Shown here: piece after piece, positions 13,306 to 24,875 of the stretch
How positions within the stretch are numbered: position 1 is the first letter of the stretch
Layout: each line of letters begins with the position of its first letter
Source: Chiloscyllium plagiosum
Lineage: Eukaryota
Length of the DNA: 64,000 bases
Direction of reading: 5' to 3'
NCBI RefSeq assembly: GCF_004010195.1
Contig: NC_057719.1
Span: forward strand, 34,027,981-34,091,980
Notes under the pieces: model-generated
What the model was told of the DNA's origin: nothing
The model's input: only the letters and a program-made list of their open reading frames with translations
Databases searched by the model: none
Translations under genes and position numbers: made by a program

Positions 13306-15039
13306 AGTGTTTTGGTTCCACAGGTCGGCGCAACATCGAGGGCTGAAGGGCCTTTACTCGGCTGTAATGTTCTATGTTCCATGTTCGCCAATCATTAAAC
13401 CCATCATTAGCCAGTACAGTTGATGATGTTGAGAAGAGTTTTCAGACACAACTGATTGTTGAAGAGTATAGTCACTACTTCTGACTGTATTTTTTCACCA
13501 TAAACTTCTGTTGAAGCAAATAGACCCTTTGTAAATATTTGACGTGGTGTTTGAAAAACCACTTTGAATTCTCTAAGAGGTCTTTCAACGTTAATAATTT
13601 GAAGGTCCTTGGTTCTTCCAGAATGAAATATCACCCTCAAGCAAGTCAGCCACAGAGACCACATGGACCTAAAAACAAAGTTTTCTCCAAAGGACCCAAA
13701 TAGATCTTGATAAATCTGAACAGACCTAAGTGGTACATGTAGCAACAAATTGGAGACAAGAAATGATAAACTCAAGAGATAATGAAAAAAATGTTCACAG
13801 ATGCTATCATGTTTTTGGTAATGATAAGGTGAATCCACTCCCCAATGAGTTCAAGAGTTGAATGGATATTTTGCTATTGGTTGTGAGACAATTGATATAG
13901 GGCTATGGAATATATCCGAAAACTGAAAATATCTTCATTTGAAAAACAGTTGGTCCTAAGAATTTGGGACAAAGGTTTCCTAAAATGTGTATCAGAAGGT
14001 ATCTGGTAATTAAAGGTGGTTATGATCCAGAATAATTTATTCAGAGGACAAAGTGTCTTTGTTTCAACTTTTCTTGATGAGGAGGTTATAAGGAGATCTA
14101 GAAGGATGTCAATCCTCTATGCATCCAAAATGGTTGCTCTCATCTCAATCTGTGCTATGCTTATTTCATTCCAATTTTGCAAATTTTGTTTCTAGCCCAC
14201 CGAAAACAGACTATCATTGCATAATGTGAAATTGTATGACAGACAGAATTCAGAAAAATCATAATAACTCCTTTTATCAAAACAAAATCCAGTTTGTAGT
14301 AAATTGCTCCAGGCAAAATTTCAAATTTTCATAAAGTTCACTTTTGCTTCAAATTTAACAGTTTGATTGCTGGGTTAACTATCTGCTTTCCTTGACAAAA
14401 TAAGCAGAAAGCTTATAGTGATCGCGAAAACTGCCAAGGAGATGGAGAAGTGTAATTGCTGTTTTGAAACTATGTGCCCTGTGTTAAGATGATCAGTGTT
14501 GGTGTGGATTTAATTAGCTTTGATTAACCTGTTAAGTTCTGAAACTACAGCTTCAGTAGTGCCTATGATAACATTCCAATGATAATGTCACGATGCACGC
14601 ACCAAGTTCTAAGGCTTTAACGACTTGGTGGATAGGGTGTTGGAAGGGTAGAGAGCCAGGTAAGTAGGAAAGCAGGTGGGCCAGGTGCTCAGTGTATTTG
14701 GTCTACAGTATCAGGTGTAGGGTGCCACATGGTAGGATGTTGGGGCGTTGTAAGTCAGCTGCCAAGGTGAAAGGTCATAAGGTGACCAGGAGAGTACTGC
14801 AGTGTTTGGGGCATTTCAGGATGGGTGGGATAGATCAGGTTTGGTTGCGGGATGGCGACAATGGTGTCGGATTCAAGGCTAAGGTGGAGGTTGTTGGATC
14901 TCAGGGTAGGGTAGGGTGGGGTGGGGATTGGCTCCTGAAATGAGGATAGGGATTTCGTTCCAGTGCAGGATGGGGCTGTAGGGGTTGGCCTCACCACAGG
15001 TAAGGAAGAATCAGGTCTGGCAGACAGTTGAGTGGGGAA

Positions 15040-15790
15040 GGGTTAGATTCTATTTTTTCCTCTTGTTTACTTTTTTCCCCTTTATCCCTACACTAGTGCT
15101 TATTTCTCCCTCGCAGCACCTGTTCTGTGTGTGTAAGTGCAGGGACTCAGTGAAGACACCACGTGTAAAAGACTTTACTCAATACTTCCATCACCAGGAA
15201 AACACCCATGTTGCGAGGGAACCAGTAACAAGCAAAGCCCGATAAGGGCAATGCTTTCATGAAAAATAAAGTGAAGGGAGAGTGAATGGATTACATCAAA
15301 ATAGAATTTCTCCCTAAAGGCATCAAGAGCATGTTCCCTCTCCAGTCAGATCCGGGTTCGAACATAACTACGGAAGAGGGGCAGGCAATTGGCAGAAATG
15401 ATGCCTTCCATGACCCGCTGCCTGAACCTGTTTAGTGCCAGCCTGGCCAGGTCCAGGAGCAGACCCAGGAGGAAATCCTCTGACCTGCCCGCATCCCTCC
15501 ACACCAACAGCGTTGGGCTTAACTGTAACCAAAATCAGCCCAAAAGGTTCTTCAGGTAATTGAAAAAGGAATGCAAACACCCGCGTCCAATGTACACATG
15601 ATCCACAGAACCCACAATGCCACAGAATAAATGGATGGGCTGGGAGTCTGTGAACCGCCGCAATTTGCAGAGGGGACTGCTGCATGCAAACCCTCCACCC
15701 GGATCCCCGAGGGAAAGAGGGCGGATTCCAGCATAGATCATCCGCTAATGGGGATCCCCACCACCGGGGGTAAATAGGCTTGCCAAGATG
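15040..15790 (-). mobile_element. Tx1-clade (L1-like) retrotransposon, ORF2 C-terminus and 3' UTR
   Basis: PSWQAYLP...IYAGI.PLSLGD.GWRV...RRFTDSQP..LFCG.V.SVDHVYI..G.L.S.FNYLKNLL matches the Tx1 ORF2 C-terminal Cys/His region. Confidence 0.75.
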
Positions 15791-15884
15791 GAAAAACAAT
15801 GACTGCAGATGCTGGAAACCAGATTCTGGATCAGTGGTGCGGGAAGAGCACAGCAGTTCAGGCAGCATCCGAGGACAGGCAAAA

Positions 15885-15915
15885 TCGACGTTTCGGGCAA
15901 AAGCCCTTCATCAGG
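15885..15915 (-). ncRNA. Minimal type I hammerhead ribozyme (type A), intact core
   Basis: Minus strand CUGAUGA-A-GGGC-UUUU-GCCC-GAAA-CGUC; predicted cleavage after GUC, between 15887 and 15886. Confidence 0.8.
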
Positions 15916-16183
15916 AATAAAGGCAGAGAGCCTGAAGCATGGAGAGATAAGCTAGAGGAGGGTGAGGAAATGACCTGGGAGTTGCAATGAGAGAGAGACT
16001 CCCTGAGATTCTTGTAGAGAGAGGAGGAAAACTTCTTCAAGGCAGGCATCCTTGCAAGAGGATTCGCAGTAGGGTTAAAATCAACGAGGTAAAAACAATG
16101 ACTGCAGATGCTGGAAACCAGATTCTGGATCAGTGGTGCTGGAACAGCACAGCAGTTCAGGCACCATCCGAGGACGGGCAAAA

Positions 16184-16214
16184 TCGACGTTTCGGGCAAA
16201 AGCCCTCCATCAGG
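16184..16214 (-). ncRNA. Minimal hammerhead (type A) with CUGAUGG variant core
   Basis: Minus strand ctgatggagggcttttgcccgaaacgtc, one substitution relative to the 15885 copy. Confidence 0.65.
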
Positions 16215-16391
16215 AATAAAGGCAGAGAGCCTGAAGCATGGAGAGAGGAAATGACCTGGGAGTTGCAATGAGAGAGAGACTCCCTGAGATTCTTGTAGAG
16301 AGAGGAGGAAAACGTCTTCAAGGCAGGCATCCTTGCAAGAGGATTCGCAGTAGGGTTAAAATCAACGAGGTAAAAACAATGACTGCAGATG

Positions 16392-16690
16392 ATCCATCTA
16401 GGTTTCATTTGGACCTGGGCACTTGTTGGCTTTAATGCCTTCTAGAATACACAACACTGCTTCCCTCCTTGTGATGGCTCGAGTAATTAAAGATCTATCC
16501 CTAATCTTAACATCCATCTTGTCCCTCTCCTCAGTGAATACCAATGTAAAGTACTCGTTAAGAATCTCGCCCATTTTCTCTGACACCACTTTCCTCCTTT
16601 GTCCTTTCCCTCGTTACCCTCTTGCTTCTTATATTTGAACGAAAAGCTTTGCGATTTTCCTTTACCCTTTTTGCTAAAGTTATCTCATGA
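16392..16690 (-). mobile_element. CR1 ORF2 internal fragment
   Basis: ORF 16398-16589 EKMGEILNEYF..VFTEE....IKANKCPGP. Confidence 0.8.
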
Positions 16691-17084
16691 CAAGGAACGA
16701 CTATTCCATCTAACTCCTAATGTGTGCCAAGTGGCTGATATATGGACTTTAAGGTGTAAGGTAATGAGTTGCTTACAGCAGAACACTCAGCCCCTAACCT
16801 TCTCTTATAACCACATTTATATCATGGAGTTAGTTATGTTCCTGGTTCATGATAAGCCCTTGGATTTTGATTTGGAATATTAGTAATGATAAACTACCAT
16901 CCCAACCACAGCAATGTAGCTGACTAGGCAATTCAGCTTTCGAGCCCCACTAATTCAGCTTGCCAAGCCTTAATATTAACCATACAGTTTCAGTATCAGA
17001 GAACTGCGAATAAGACTGTACAATCTTCAAATGGACTGCCGCATTTCTGATCTTAAGCAGTGCATAATTGTTACAGCAGTATAA

Positions 17085-17995
17085 GAGGTAGATGGGATTT
17101 AATTTCAGTAAATGTGATGTGTTGCATTTTATTACGGCAAATCAGGACAGAACTTATGCACTGAGGAGCGTTGCCGAACAACGAGACCTGTGGGTACATG
17201 TTCATAGTTCTTTTCAAATTGAGTTACAGGTAGACAGGGTGATGAAGGAGGCATTTGATATGTTTGTCTTTGTTGGTCAGTGCTTTCAGTACAGGAGTTG
17301 TGGCTGTACAGGACATTGGTTAGGCCACTTTTCGTATACTACATTCAGTTCTGATCTCCCTGCTATAGGAAAGATGTTGTTAAACGTCATAGAATAGAAT
17401 CATAGAATCCCTATAACGTGGAAACAGGCCATTTGGCCCAACAAATCCACACCAACCTCCGAAGAGTGTCCCCCCCAGACCTATTCCCCCACCCATATTA
17501 CTCTACATTTCCCCTTACTAATGCTTGAAAGGGGCAGAAAAGATTTACAAGGATGTTTCCACTGTTGGAGGGTTAGAGCAACAGGGAGAGACTGAATAGG
17601 CTGGGGTTGTTTTCCCTGGAGTGTTGGAGGGTGAGGAGTGACCTTATAGAGATTTATAAAATCAGCAGGGGCATGGATAAGGTGAAAAGCCAAGGTCTGT
17701 TTTCCCAGGGTAGGAGAATCCAAAACTGGAGGGTATTGCCTTAAGACGAGAGGAGAAAGATCTAAAAGAGACTAAGGGGCAATTATTGCATGCAGAGAGT
17801 GGTGCATGAATGGAATGAGCTGTCAGAGGAAGTGGTGGAGGCTGGTACAATTACAACAGTTAAAAGGCGTTTGGTTGGGTATATGGATAGGAAAGATTTA
17901 GAGCGATATGGGCCAAATGCTGGCAAATGGAACTAGATTATTAGGATATCTAGTTGACATGACCAAGTTGTACTGAAGGGTCTATGACTCTATAA
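17085..17995 (+). mobile_element. CR1 3' fragment interrupted by a minus-strand SINE tail (17388-17524)
   Basis: FNFSKCDVLHF...QRDLWVHVHSS; the CR1 resumes near 17526 and runs to the ctatgactctat tail. Confidence 0.85.
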
Positions 17996-18496
17996 GATAG
18001 TCTGGTTTAGGAATAACATCTGGACAAACTCCTGCAGTGATACTTAGGTGATTGGTCTCCAACACTGCAACCATCCAGTTTTATGCTTGATGTGTGTCCA
18101 ACTGCTGGAACATGTTCCCCTCAATTCCCCCTTGCTTTCAGTTTTGTGAGGATTGCTTGATGCCATACTCAGTGAAATAAGTTATGTTGTCAAGGGCAGT
18201 CACTGTGTCTCAGCCCCTGAATTAATTCATTGTTTCATGTTTGGAGCAAAGCAGTGCCGAGGTCTGGAGGTGTCAAAGCTGTGCAACAGTTAGCCAGATC
18301 TTCTCAGCAATAATTTGCTGATAGAGGAGACTGATGCGATGATAACTTGGCAGAATGGATTTGTTCTGATTTGTTGACAGGGTAACACTGTATAATATTT
18401 AATATTTTCAGATGGATACTAATATTGTAGCTGTAATTGCACAGCCGGGTTAGGAGTGCACCTAATTCTGAAGGCAGTGAATGAGTGGTATTGGAA

Positions 18497-18860
18497 AGCT
18501 GGTGGCAAAGTGGTATTGTCACTGGGCTAGCAATCCAGAGATTTTGGTTAAATCCATGAATCAAATTCACATCCTGGCAAACGGTGAAATTTAAATTCAT
18601 TTATTAAATCATAAACTAAAAGGTTGGTCAAATATAACCAGGAAATCATGGTCAATGTTCACTTATGTCCTTCAGAGAAGCAAAATCTGTTACCGTTACT
18701 TGATCAGGTCACATGGCTCCATACCATAGTAATGTGGTTGATTCTTAGCTACCCTCTGAAATGGCTGAGCAAGCCATTCATTTCAAGGGCAATTAGGAAT
18801 GTGTTACAAATGCTGGCTGTTTGGTGCATGTCACATCCCATGAATGAACAAAGAAAATAA
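18497..18860 (+). mobile_element. tRNA-headed SINE with LINE-derived tail
   Basis: Head ggtggcaaagtggtattgtcactgggctag; tail agggcaattagg..aaatgctggc...cacatcccatgaatgaac shared with the old LINE family. Confidence 0.55.
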
Positions 18861-19424
18861 GTCTTCATTACGAAAGCCAGGACATTGTCAGGCTTATCAA
18901 CTTTACCAAGAGGCTTCGGCTGTTTCTTCATACGTAGAGTGAATCAAATTGGCTGAAGATTTCAATCTGTAATGCCTGAGACTTTGAGCAAGGTACTGAA
19001 ATGGCTTGTGCATCTGGTTGAAGATTGTTGCAAGTGGTTCAGTCTTGTATATTGCAATGCTTCACAGGCTACAATTTACCCATTATTCTGGAGATCTTTG
19101 CTGGTGTGTACTGAAGGACATGGGATGTTCGGACAATGTGTATCTATTTGTAAATATAGAGGAACAGTAAGTATTTTTAAATGATTAAATAATGCCCGGA
19201 GGCCCCAGTAAGTCAAACAGAAAGTTTTCCCGTGGAGTCTGCATAAGTCTGCCCAAAACATTGCTGCTCTTTCGAGAGGTCAAAGCAGGAAACAGATCTG
19301 TGTCCTTGGAACCTGTGACAAAAGTGTTGTTCCAACTGGGAGCCTCTTACATGGAACCATTTATGATGCCACAAAAGCACATTAACTAACAGCAGATTGT
19401 AAAGTGGTCTGCTATAAAACCTGC

Positions 19425-19620
19425 TGTGGCTGTAGTAGCGGGTTTGTTTCAGGACATGGTTGAAGAGCTTCAGGGATGAGGAAATGACCTGGGAGTTGCA
19501 GTGGGAGAGAGACTCCCTGAGATTCTTGTAGAGAGAGGAGGAAAACTTCTTCAAGGCAGGCATCCTTGCAAGAGGATTCGCAGTAAGGTTAAAATCAACG
19601 AGTAAAAACAATGACTGCAG
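19425..19620 (-). mobile_element. Penelope terminal-repeat end plus start of the PLE ORF
   Basis: Same sequence as the tandem unit but extends further: MPALKKFSSSLYKNLRESLSHCNSQVISSSLKLFNHVLKQTRYYSH. Confidence 0.75.
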
Positions 19621-20032
19621 GGCACTGGATAAAAGAGGAGAGGTGGATAGTGTGCAACAGCAGGCTGTACAGAAATCATCGTTTCGCCTCCCTAAAAGAA
19701 ACACAACATATATTTCGGAGGTGGCTCAGGTTGTGGGACACAGGCACCCTTGAGGAAGGTCTGGGATCCTGGGGCCTATGTGAAATTCTGTCCAAGAAGG
19801 AGTACGCAAAGACGGGATTCCACCGCACACCTGAGCGTCCTCCAACTGGTGCATGATGTCGGGTCTGAGCCCGCCGTTTTAAGGTGTCAGATGTTTAAAT
19901 AGTCACAAGCCGGGCATCTACCACCACTCTGTCTGCCAATTCATGTAGCAGCATCAAGCCCAGGCCACTGCCACCCAGCACCTCACTGATCCTGGTCACC
20001 CCTGCAGCCATGGCCCTCCCCTCCACCAATGA
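19621..20032 (-). mobile_element. Tx1 ORF2 fragment, apparently upstream-contiguous with 15040-15790
   Basis: Minus strand ..AAGVTRISEVL...FREAKR.FLYSLLLHTIHLSSFIQCP, the segment that precedes DTPW in Tx1 ORF2. Confidence 0.65.
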
Positions 20033-20034
20033 TT

Positions 20035-21345
20035 ACGTTTTTTGAGGAAGTAATCAAAAAGATTTATGAGGGCCGAGCATTGTTTACACGGACTTTAGTA
20101 AAGTCTTTGGCAAGGTACCGCATGGTAGACTAATTAGTAAAGTTAGATCACATGGGATTCAAGGTGAGCTTGCCAATCAGGTATAAATTTGGCTTAAAGG
20201 CAGGAGACAGAGGGTAATAGTGGATGGCTGTTTTTGGACTGGAGGCCTGTGACCAGCAGTGTTGCACAGGAATTAGTATTGGGTCCACTTTTGTTTGTCA
20301 TTTAAATAAGTGATTTGGATGAGAATATAGGAGACAATGTTAGTAAGTTTGCTGATTGCTAAAATTGGTGGTATAGTGGACAGTGAAGAAGGTTATCTAA
20401 GGTTACAAAGAAATCTTGATCAATTGAATCAATGGGCTAAGGAGTAGCAGAGTTTAATTTGGATAAATGTGAGGTATTGCATTTTGGTAAAACAAACAAG
20501 AGCAGGACTTATACAATTAATGGTAGGGCACTGGGTAGCATGGTAGAACAAAGAGACAGAGGAGTTTAGATTAAAATAAATATGTTTCTTTGAAATTCTT
20601 CAAACTTAGTGTCACAGGTATTCAAGTTGGTAAGCAGGTGGTTGGCATGCTTGCCTTCATTGCTCAGAGCTGAAAATGTGTTGCTGGAAAAGCGCAGCAG
20701 GTCAGGCAGCATCCAGGCAACAGGAGAATCGACGTTTCTTCATTGCTCAGACCTTTGTGTATAGCAGGTGGGACATCATGTTGAGGTTGAACAGGATATT
20801 GGTGAGGCCTATTCTAGAGTACTGTGTGTAGTTCTGGTTGCTCTGCTTTAGGAAGGATATTATTAAATTGGAGAGGGTTCAGAAAAGATTTACCAGGATG
20901 TTGCTGGGAATGGAGGGTTTGTGCTATAAAAATAGGCTAGGACTTTTTTGACTTAAGCGTAGGAGGTTAAGGGGTCACCTTATAAAGGTGTATAAAATCA
21001 TGAGAGGCATAGGCATGGTGAATAGCGTGGATCTTTTCCCTAGGGTTGGAGAGTTCAAAACTAGGGGCATTGTTAAGGTGAGAGGAGAAAGTTTTAAAGA
21101 GGACATGAGAGGCAATGTTTTTACAGAGATAGTGGTTTGTGTGTGGAATGAAATGCCAGAGGAAGTGTTAGATGCAGGTACAGTTACAACATTTAAAAGA
21201 CATTCAGATAAGTACATAAATAAGAAAGGTTTGGTGTGATATGGGCCAAACTCAGGCAGGTGGGACTAGTTTAACTTGTGAATATGGTCAGCTTGGAATG
21301 GTTAGACCGAAGGGTCTACTTGCATGCTGTATGACCCTATGACTC
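20035..21345 (+). mobile_element. CR1 LINE RT and 3' end, decayed
   Basis: DFSK.FGKVPHGRL, RRQRV.VDG, LGPLLFVI, SKFAD, through YKIMRG..TRG..VWNE.PEEV and the tail ctatgactct. Confidence 0.92.
20669..20737 (-). mobile_element. 69-bp PLE terminal fragment with 14-bp TSD
   Basis: cttcattgctcaga at 20655-20668 and 20738-20751; the insert starts within the HHR GAAACGTC. Confidence 0.85.
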
Positions 21346-22058
21346 TTTTTCAGAGGGTGGGTAAGCCTCAATTGCATAGCTGTGAGTCTGGGATTCACAT
21401 GTAGACCAGACTAGATAAGGATGGCAGACTTATCTCCCATTAAGGATGAGATTATAGAAAACAAGTTATGGTGAAGGCAACCATGAGTGTTGACTTAGAG
21501 TAAATTGTCATTTTATGATTGGAATAGCAGCTTGTTTATCAAAGGTATGGTTGGATTGTTGATGCAGAAACTAAATTCTGGAAGAATCTTATCTTGGTAA
21601 TCTTGGTAAGGTTATTAAATTCTTCCTGAATTGTAACAAGAAAATGGGCTGTTGTTATTAACCTGTTCAGTCTCTTCCCTTGACTGACTCTGCTTAGCTT
21701 TTGAGGGCATCCATTTTGTATTTTTTTAAAAAGACACCTCATTAACCCTTGGGTTAAACAAAAGGAATCTCAATGACAGTTTGTGAAATTGGAGGAAGCC
21801 TTGCCATAGACTTTCTGTTTGCGGCCACAGTCCAATTTCATTTACTCACCTTTACTACTAGATCTAGTACAATTTGACCAAACCTGCTTTAATGATCAAA
21901 TAATTTTATGCACAAATTATGGGGTTTTGCCACTATATTTTTGCTCAAGTTTGAAAAACATTATGTTGGTAACTAACCCCACCCACATAGCTAGGCATCT
22001 CTTTACATAAGTCATTATGAAAGTTGGTTGCTAGTGGTGTTCATCTGCATACCTTTAA

Positions 22059-22527
22059 AGCTGAAAATGTGTTGCTGGAAAAGCGCAGCAGGTCAGGCAG
22101 CATCCAAGGAGCAGGAGAATCGACGTTTCGGGCAGGAGCCCTTCTTCAGGAATGAGGAAAGTGTGCCCAGCAGGCTAAGATAAAAGGTAGGGAGGAGGGA
22201 CTTGGGGGAGGGGCGTTGGAAATGCGATAGCTGGAAGGAGGTTCTTCTTCCTGACCTCTCCACCCCCACCCCGACCCCGACTCCGGCCTATCACCCTCAT
22301 CTTAACCTCCTTCCAGCTATCGCATTTCCAACGCTCCTCCCCCGAGTCCCTCCTCCCTACCTTTTATCTTAGCCTGCTGGGCACACTTTCCTCATTCCTG
22401 AAGAAAGGCTCCTGCCCAAAACGTCGATTCTCCTGCTCCTTGGATGCTGCCTGACCTGCTGCCCTTTTCCAGCAACACATTTTCAGCTCTGATCTCCAGC
22501 ATCTGCAGTCCTCACTTTCTCCTCCTA
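22059..22527. mobile_element. Fold-back PLE insertion with 185-bp inverted arms, two type-B hammerheads and a 12-bp TSD
   Basis: Arms 22059-22243 and 22304-22488 are near-perfect reverse complements; TSD catacctttaaa at 22048-22059 and 22528-22539. Confidence 0.9.
22120..22150 (-). ncRNA. Minimal hammerhead (type B), intact core
   Basis: Minus strand CUGAAGA-A-GGGC-UCCU-GCCC-GAAA-CGUC. Confidence 0.78.
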
Positions 22528-24159
22528 CATACCTTTAAAACATATCTTAAAGTTAAGCTTTTTTGGGCTCAAGGGTGCTAAATATATCCTTTTAAAAACA
22601 ATAATTTCCTTTTATTTTATTTCACTCAGACTAGTTCTGTAAGTTTACTTTTTGAATTGTTTTTAGTTATTCGAAATCAAAAGTTTCAAAGGTTGTAGAC
22701 TGTGCTTTCCAATTATAATTGATTATAAAATGTTTTTCATGTAGTAAATCGATTTCCATCTGTATTGATAAACTACATCAAGTTGCCAGTTTAATATAAT
22801 ATGAAATATTTTAATCCATCATCTAATGATTTTTTGATTTGCTGTTTATAGAAACTTGTTCATCTGTTAGATGCTGCACTTTCTACCTTATCGTAAATAC
22901 TTGAGTAACAGTGGATCTTGTGGATGAGTGACTCCTAACTTTTAACTATAAAATCTAAGCTCTTTATACTTAACACCTGCTTGCACTGAAGTCAAACTCA
23001 CATTCATACAAACCCACACATTAATTGAATCATAGAATAGTATCTCTTTGGAGGCAACTTTTCAGTTTCATGCATCTAATCACATCAACATGTGGTGTGA
23101 GACTGACATTTTATTGGTGCACATTGCATTTCTGCCAATGCTGCCCTCTCATATGAAAAACCAGCATCAAGGCACCTACGCAGCCCAGCTCAAAGCTAAT
23201 TGTAAATAAAAACCTAATAAGAATTTTTTTTTTATGACACATTTTGTGCTACTTTTAGGGACTGGGTTGACTTAAACAGTTCAGCATAGCAACACTGCAA
23301 TACAAAGACAATCAGAGAGGGTGGATTTCTGACCCACAAAATTCATGTAAAGGTTGACCTTCTAAGTTTTGACTAAAAGTTTAGTCCTGGAACATCCACA
23401 ATTACACAAGTATATATTTATTTCATCTTTTTGTAAGGAGACATCTTGTGGTTGTTAAAGGTGATACAGAGCTCGGAAACAGACCCTTCAGTCCAATTTG
23501 TTGGTGCCGACCAGATATCCAAATCTGATCTAGAATCGACACAGATGGAAATTTGTATGTTTCAATTTAATGGCACATCTGCCCATGGCTTTTGACTTAC
23601 AGGGGTGTCAGGGACCAGAAACCATTGAAGAGCTACTGCCCATCCTTGCTGGGCCAGCATTCAGTATCTCAGAGATTCTTTATCTTGTTTATTGAAGTGG
23701 TGCAAGTCACTTTAAATAAAGTCTCAGAATTTGATGGTGCAAGTTCAGCAAGAAAACAGTCAATATCTGCCATGGTCATCCATTACAAAGTACTTTTTCC
23801 ACTGACCAAGAGCTATCTTGTCTGCTACATCCATCAGAATGGTGCTGACTATCTTTTAAAAGCTGTCTTTAAATGAAAGGTTTGCTGAGATTGATCATTT
23901 TCTCCACTCTCAAAGGCTTACTATTGAAGTCTACAGGACAAAGTGATTCAATGCTTCAGCACAACTCTGTGTTAACTTCCTCTTGACTCAGTAGAGGTCC
24001 AATTTCATCTCATAGAGTCTACTTTCCCATCCAGAAAAGAGGGTCAAACAAGATCATATCTAAGATGCAATATCCTGTGTCCAAGATGCTTGAAAAGATC
24101 CAACCCCAAATCAAGTTGGGCATTGACAGCTTCCTCCACCCCTTACCTATGTTAGAGAG

Positions 24160-24450
24160 TCAGACTCACTATTGCCTCTGAATCACAAAGTTCCAGCTTC
24201 AAATTCCACTCCACAGTGTGAGTACAAACTTCAGAGTGGGGAAATATTGCACTGAGTTGTAATCTTTTAGATGCAACGTTACTCTGAGTCCATTGTCTGC
24301 CTGACTGGTAGATGGAAAAGTTCCCATGGCACTATTTGAAGAAAAACAAAGGACTCCTGGTCAATGTTTATTCCTCAAGCAGCAATATGAAAAGCAGACT
24401 AATTGGTCTTTGTCACAGTTTTATTTATGGCAGTTCACTGTGCTATTATG
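24160..24450 (+). mobile_element. Deu-domain SINE (SacSINE1/AmnSINE-like), old
   Basis: tcttttagatg.aacgtta.......tctgc....tggaaaagttcccatggcactatttgaagaa...tcctggtcaatgtttattcctcaa resembles the Deu domain. Confidence 0.65.
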
Positions 24451-24504
24451 ATTTAGTGTGTTACCTATAGAACAATTCAACTTTAAACATCATACCTTGG
24501 ACAT

Positions 24505-24875
24505 AGAAAGATGTTTGTGGTTGTTGCAGGTCAGTCATCTCAGCTCCAGGACATCTCTGCAGGAGTTTCTCAGGGTGATGTGCTAGGTTCAACCATCTTC
24601 AGCTACTTCATCAATGATACTTCTTCCATCATAAGGTCAGAAGTGGGGATGGTTGCCAATGATTACACAATGTTCAGCACTGATATATCACCATTCTTTC
24701 ACTGTCGCTGGGTGAAAATCCTGGAATTCCCTCCCTAACAACACTGGGGTCAACCCCTACAGCACATGGACTGCAGTGATTCAAGATGGCAGCTCACCTC
24801 CATCTTTTCAAGGGCAACTAGGGACAAGCAATAAATGCTGACCAGCCAGCGGCACCCACATCCCAACAAAAACAA
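24505..24875 (+). mobile_element. Old LINE: RT fragment joined to its 3' tail
   Basis: ORF 24511-24738 SAGVSQGDVLGSTIFSYFIND....MVANDYTMF (GVPQGSVLGP and FADD-like motifs). Confidence 0.75.

Larger units (their letters stand above)
15792..16391 (-). repeat. Head-to-tail tandem array of mini Penelope units (299 bp, 281 bp, plus a 20-bp partial), each full unit with a hammerhead
   Basis: aaaaacaatgactgcagatg recurs at 15792, 16091 and 16372; the units are nearly identical apart from an 18-bp junction difference. Confidence 0.9.

Noticed and set aside
13407..13838. 143-aa minus-strand ORF as a host gene
   Set aside because: No recognisable domain or splice context; kept only as part of the unassigned tracts.
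14600..15030. G-rich tract with ORFs 14692-14943 and 14755-14997
   Set aside because: Low-complexity sequence with no recognisable protein; at most G-quadruplex-prone repeat debris.
15792..16391. CRISPR-like array or repeat-protein gene (ORFs MTADAGNQ..., MRERLPE...)
   Set aside because: The units are about 300 bp with no unique spacers, and the plus-strand ORFs are antisense shadows of PLE sequence in a eukaryotic context.
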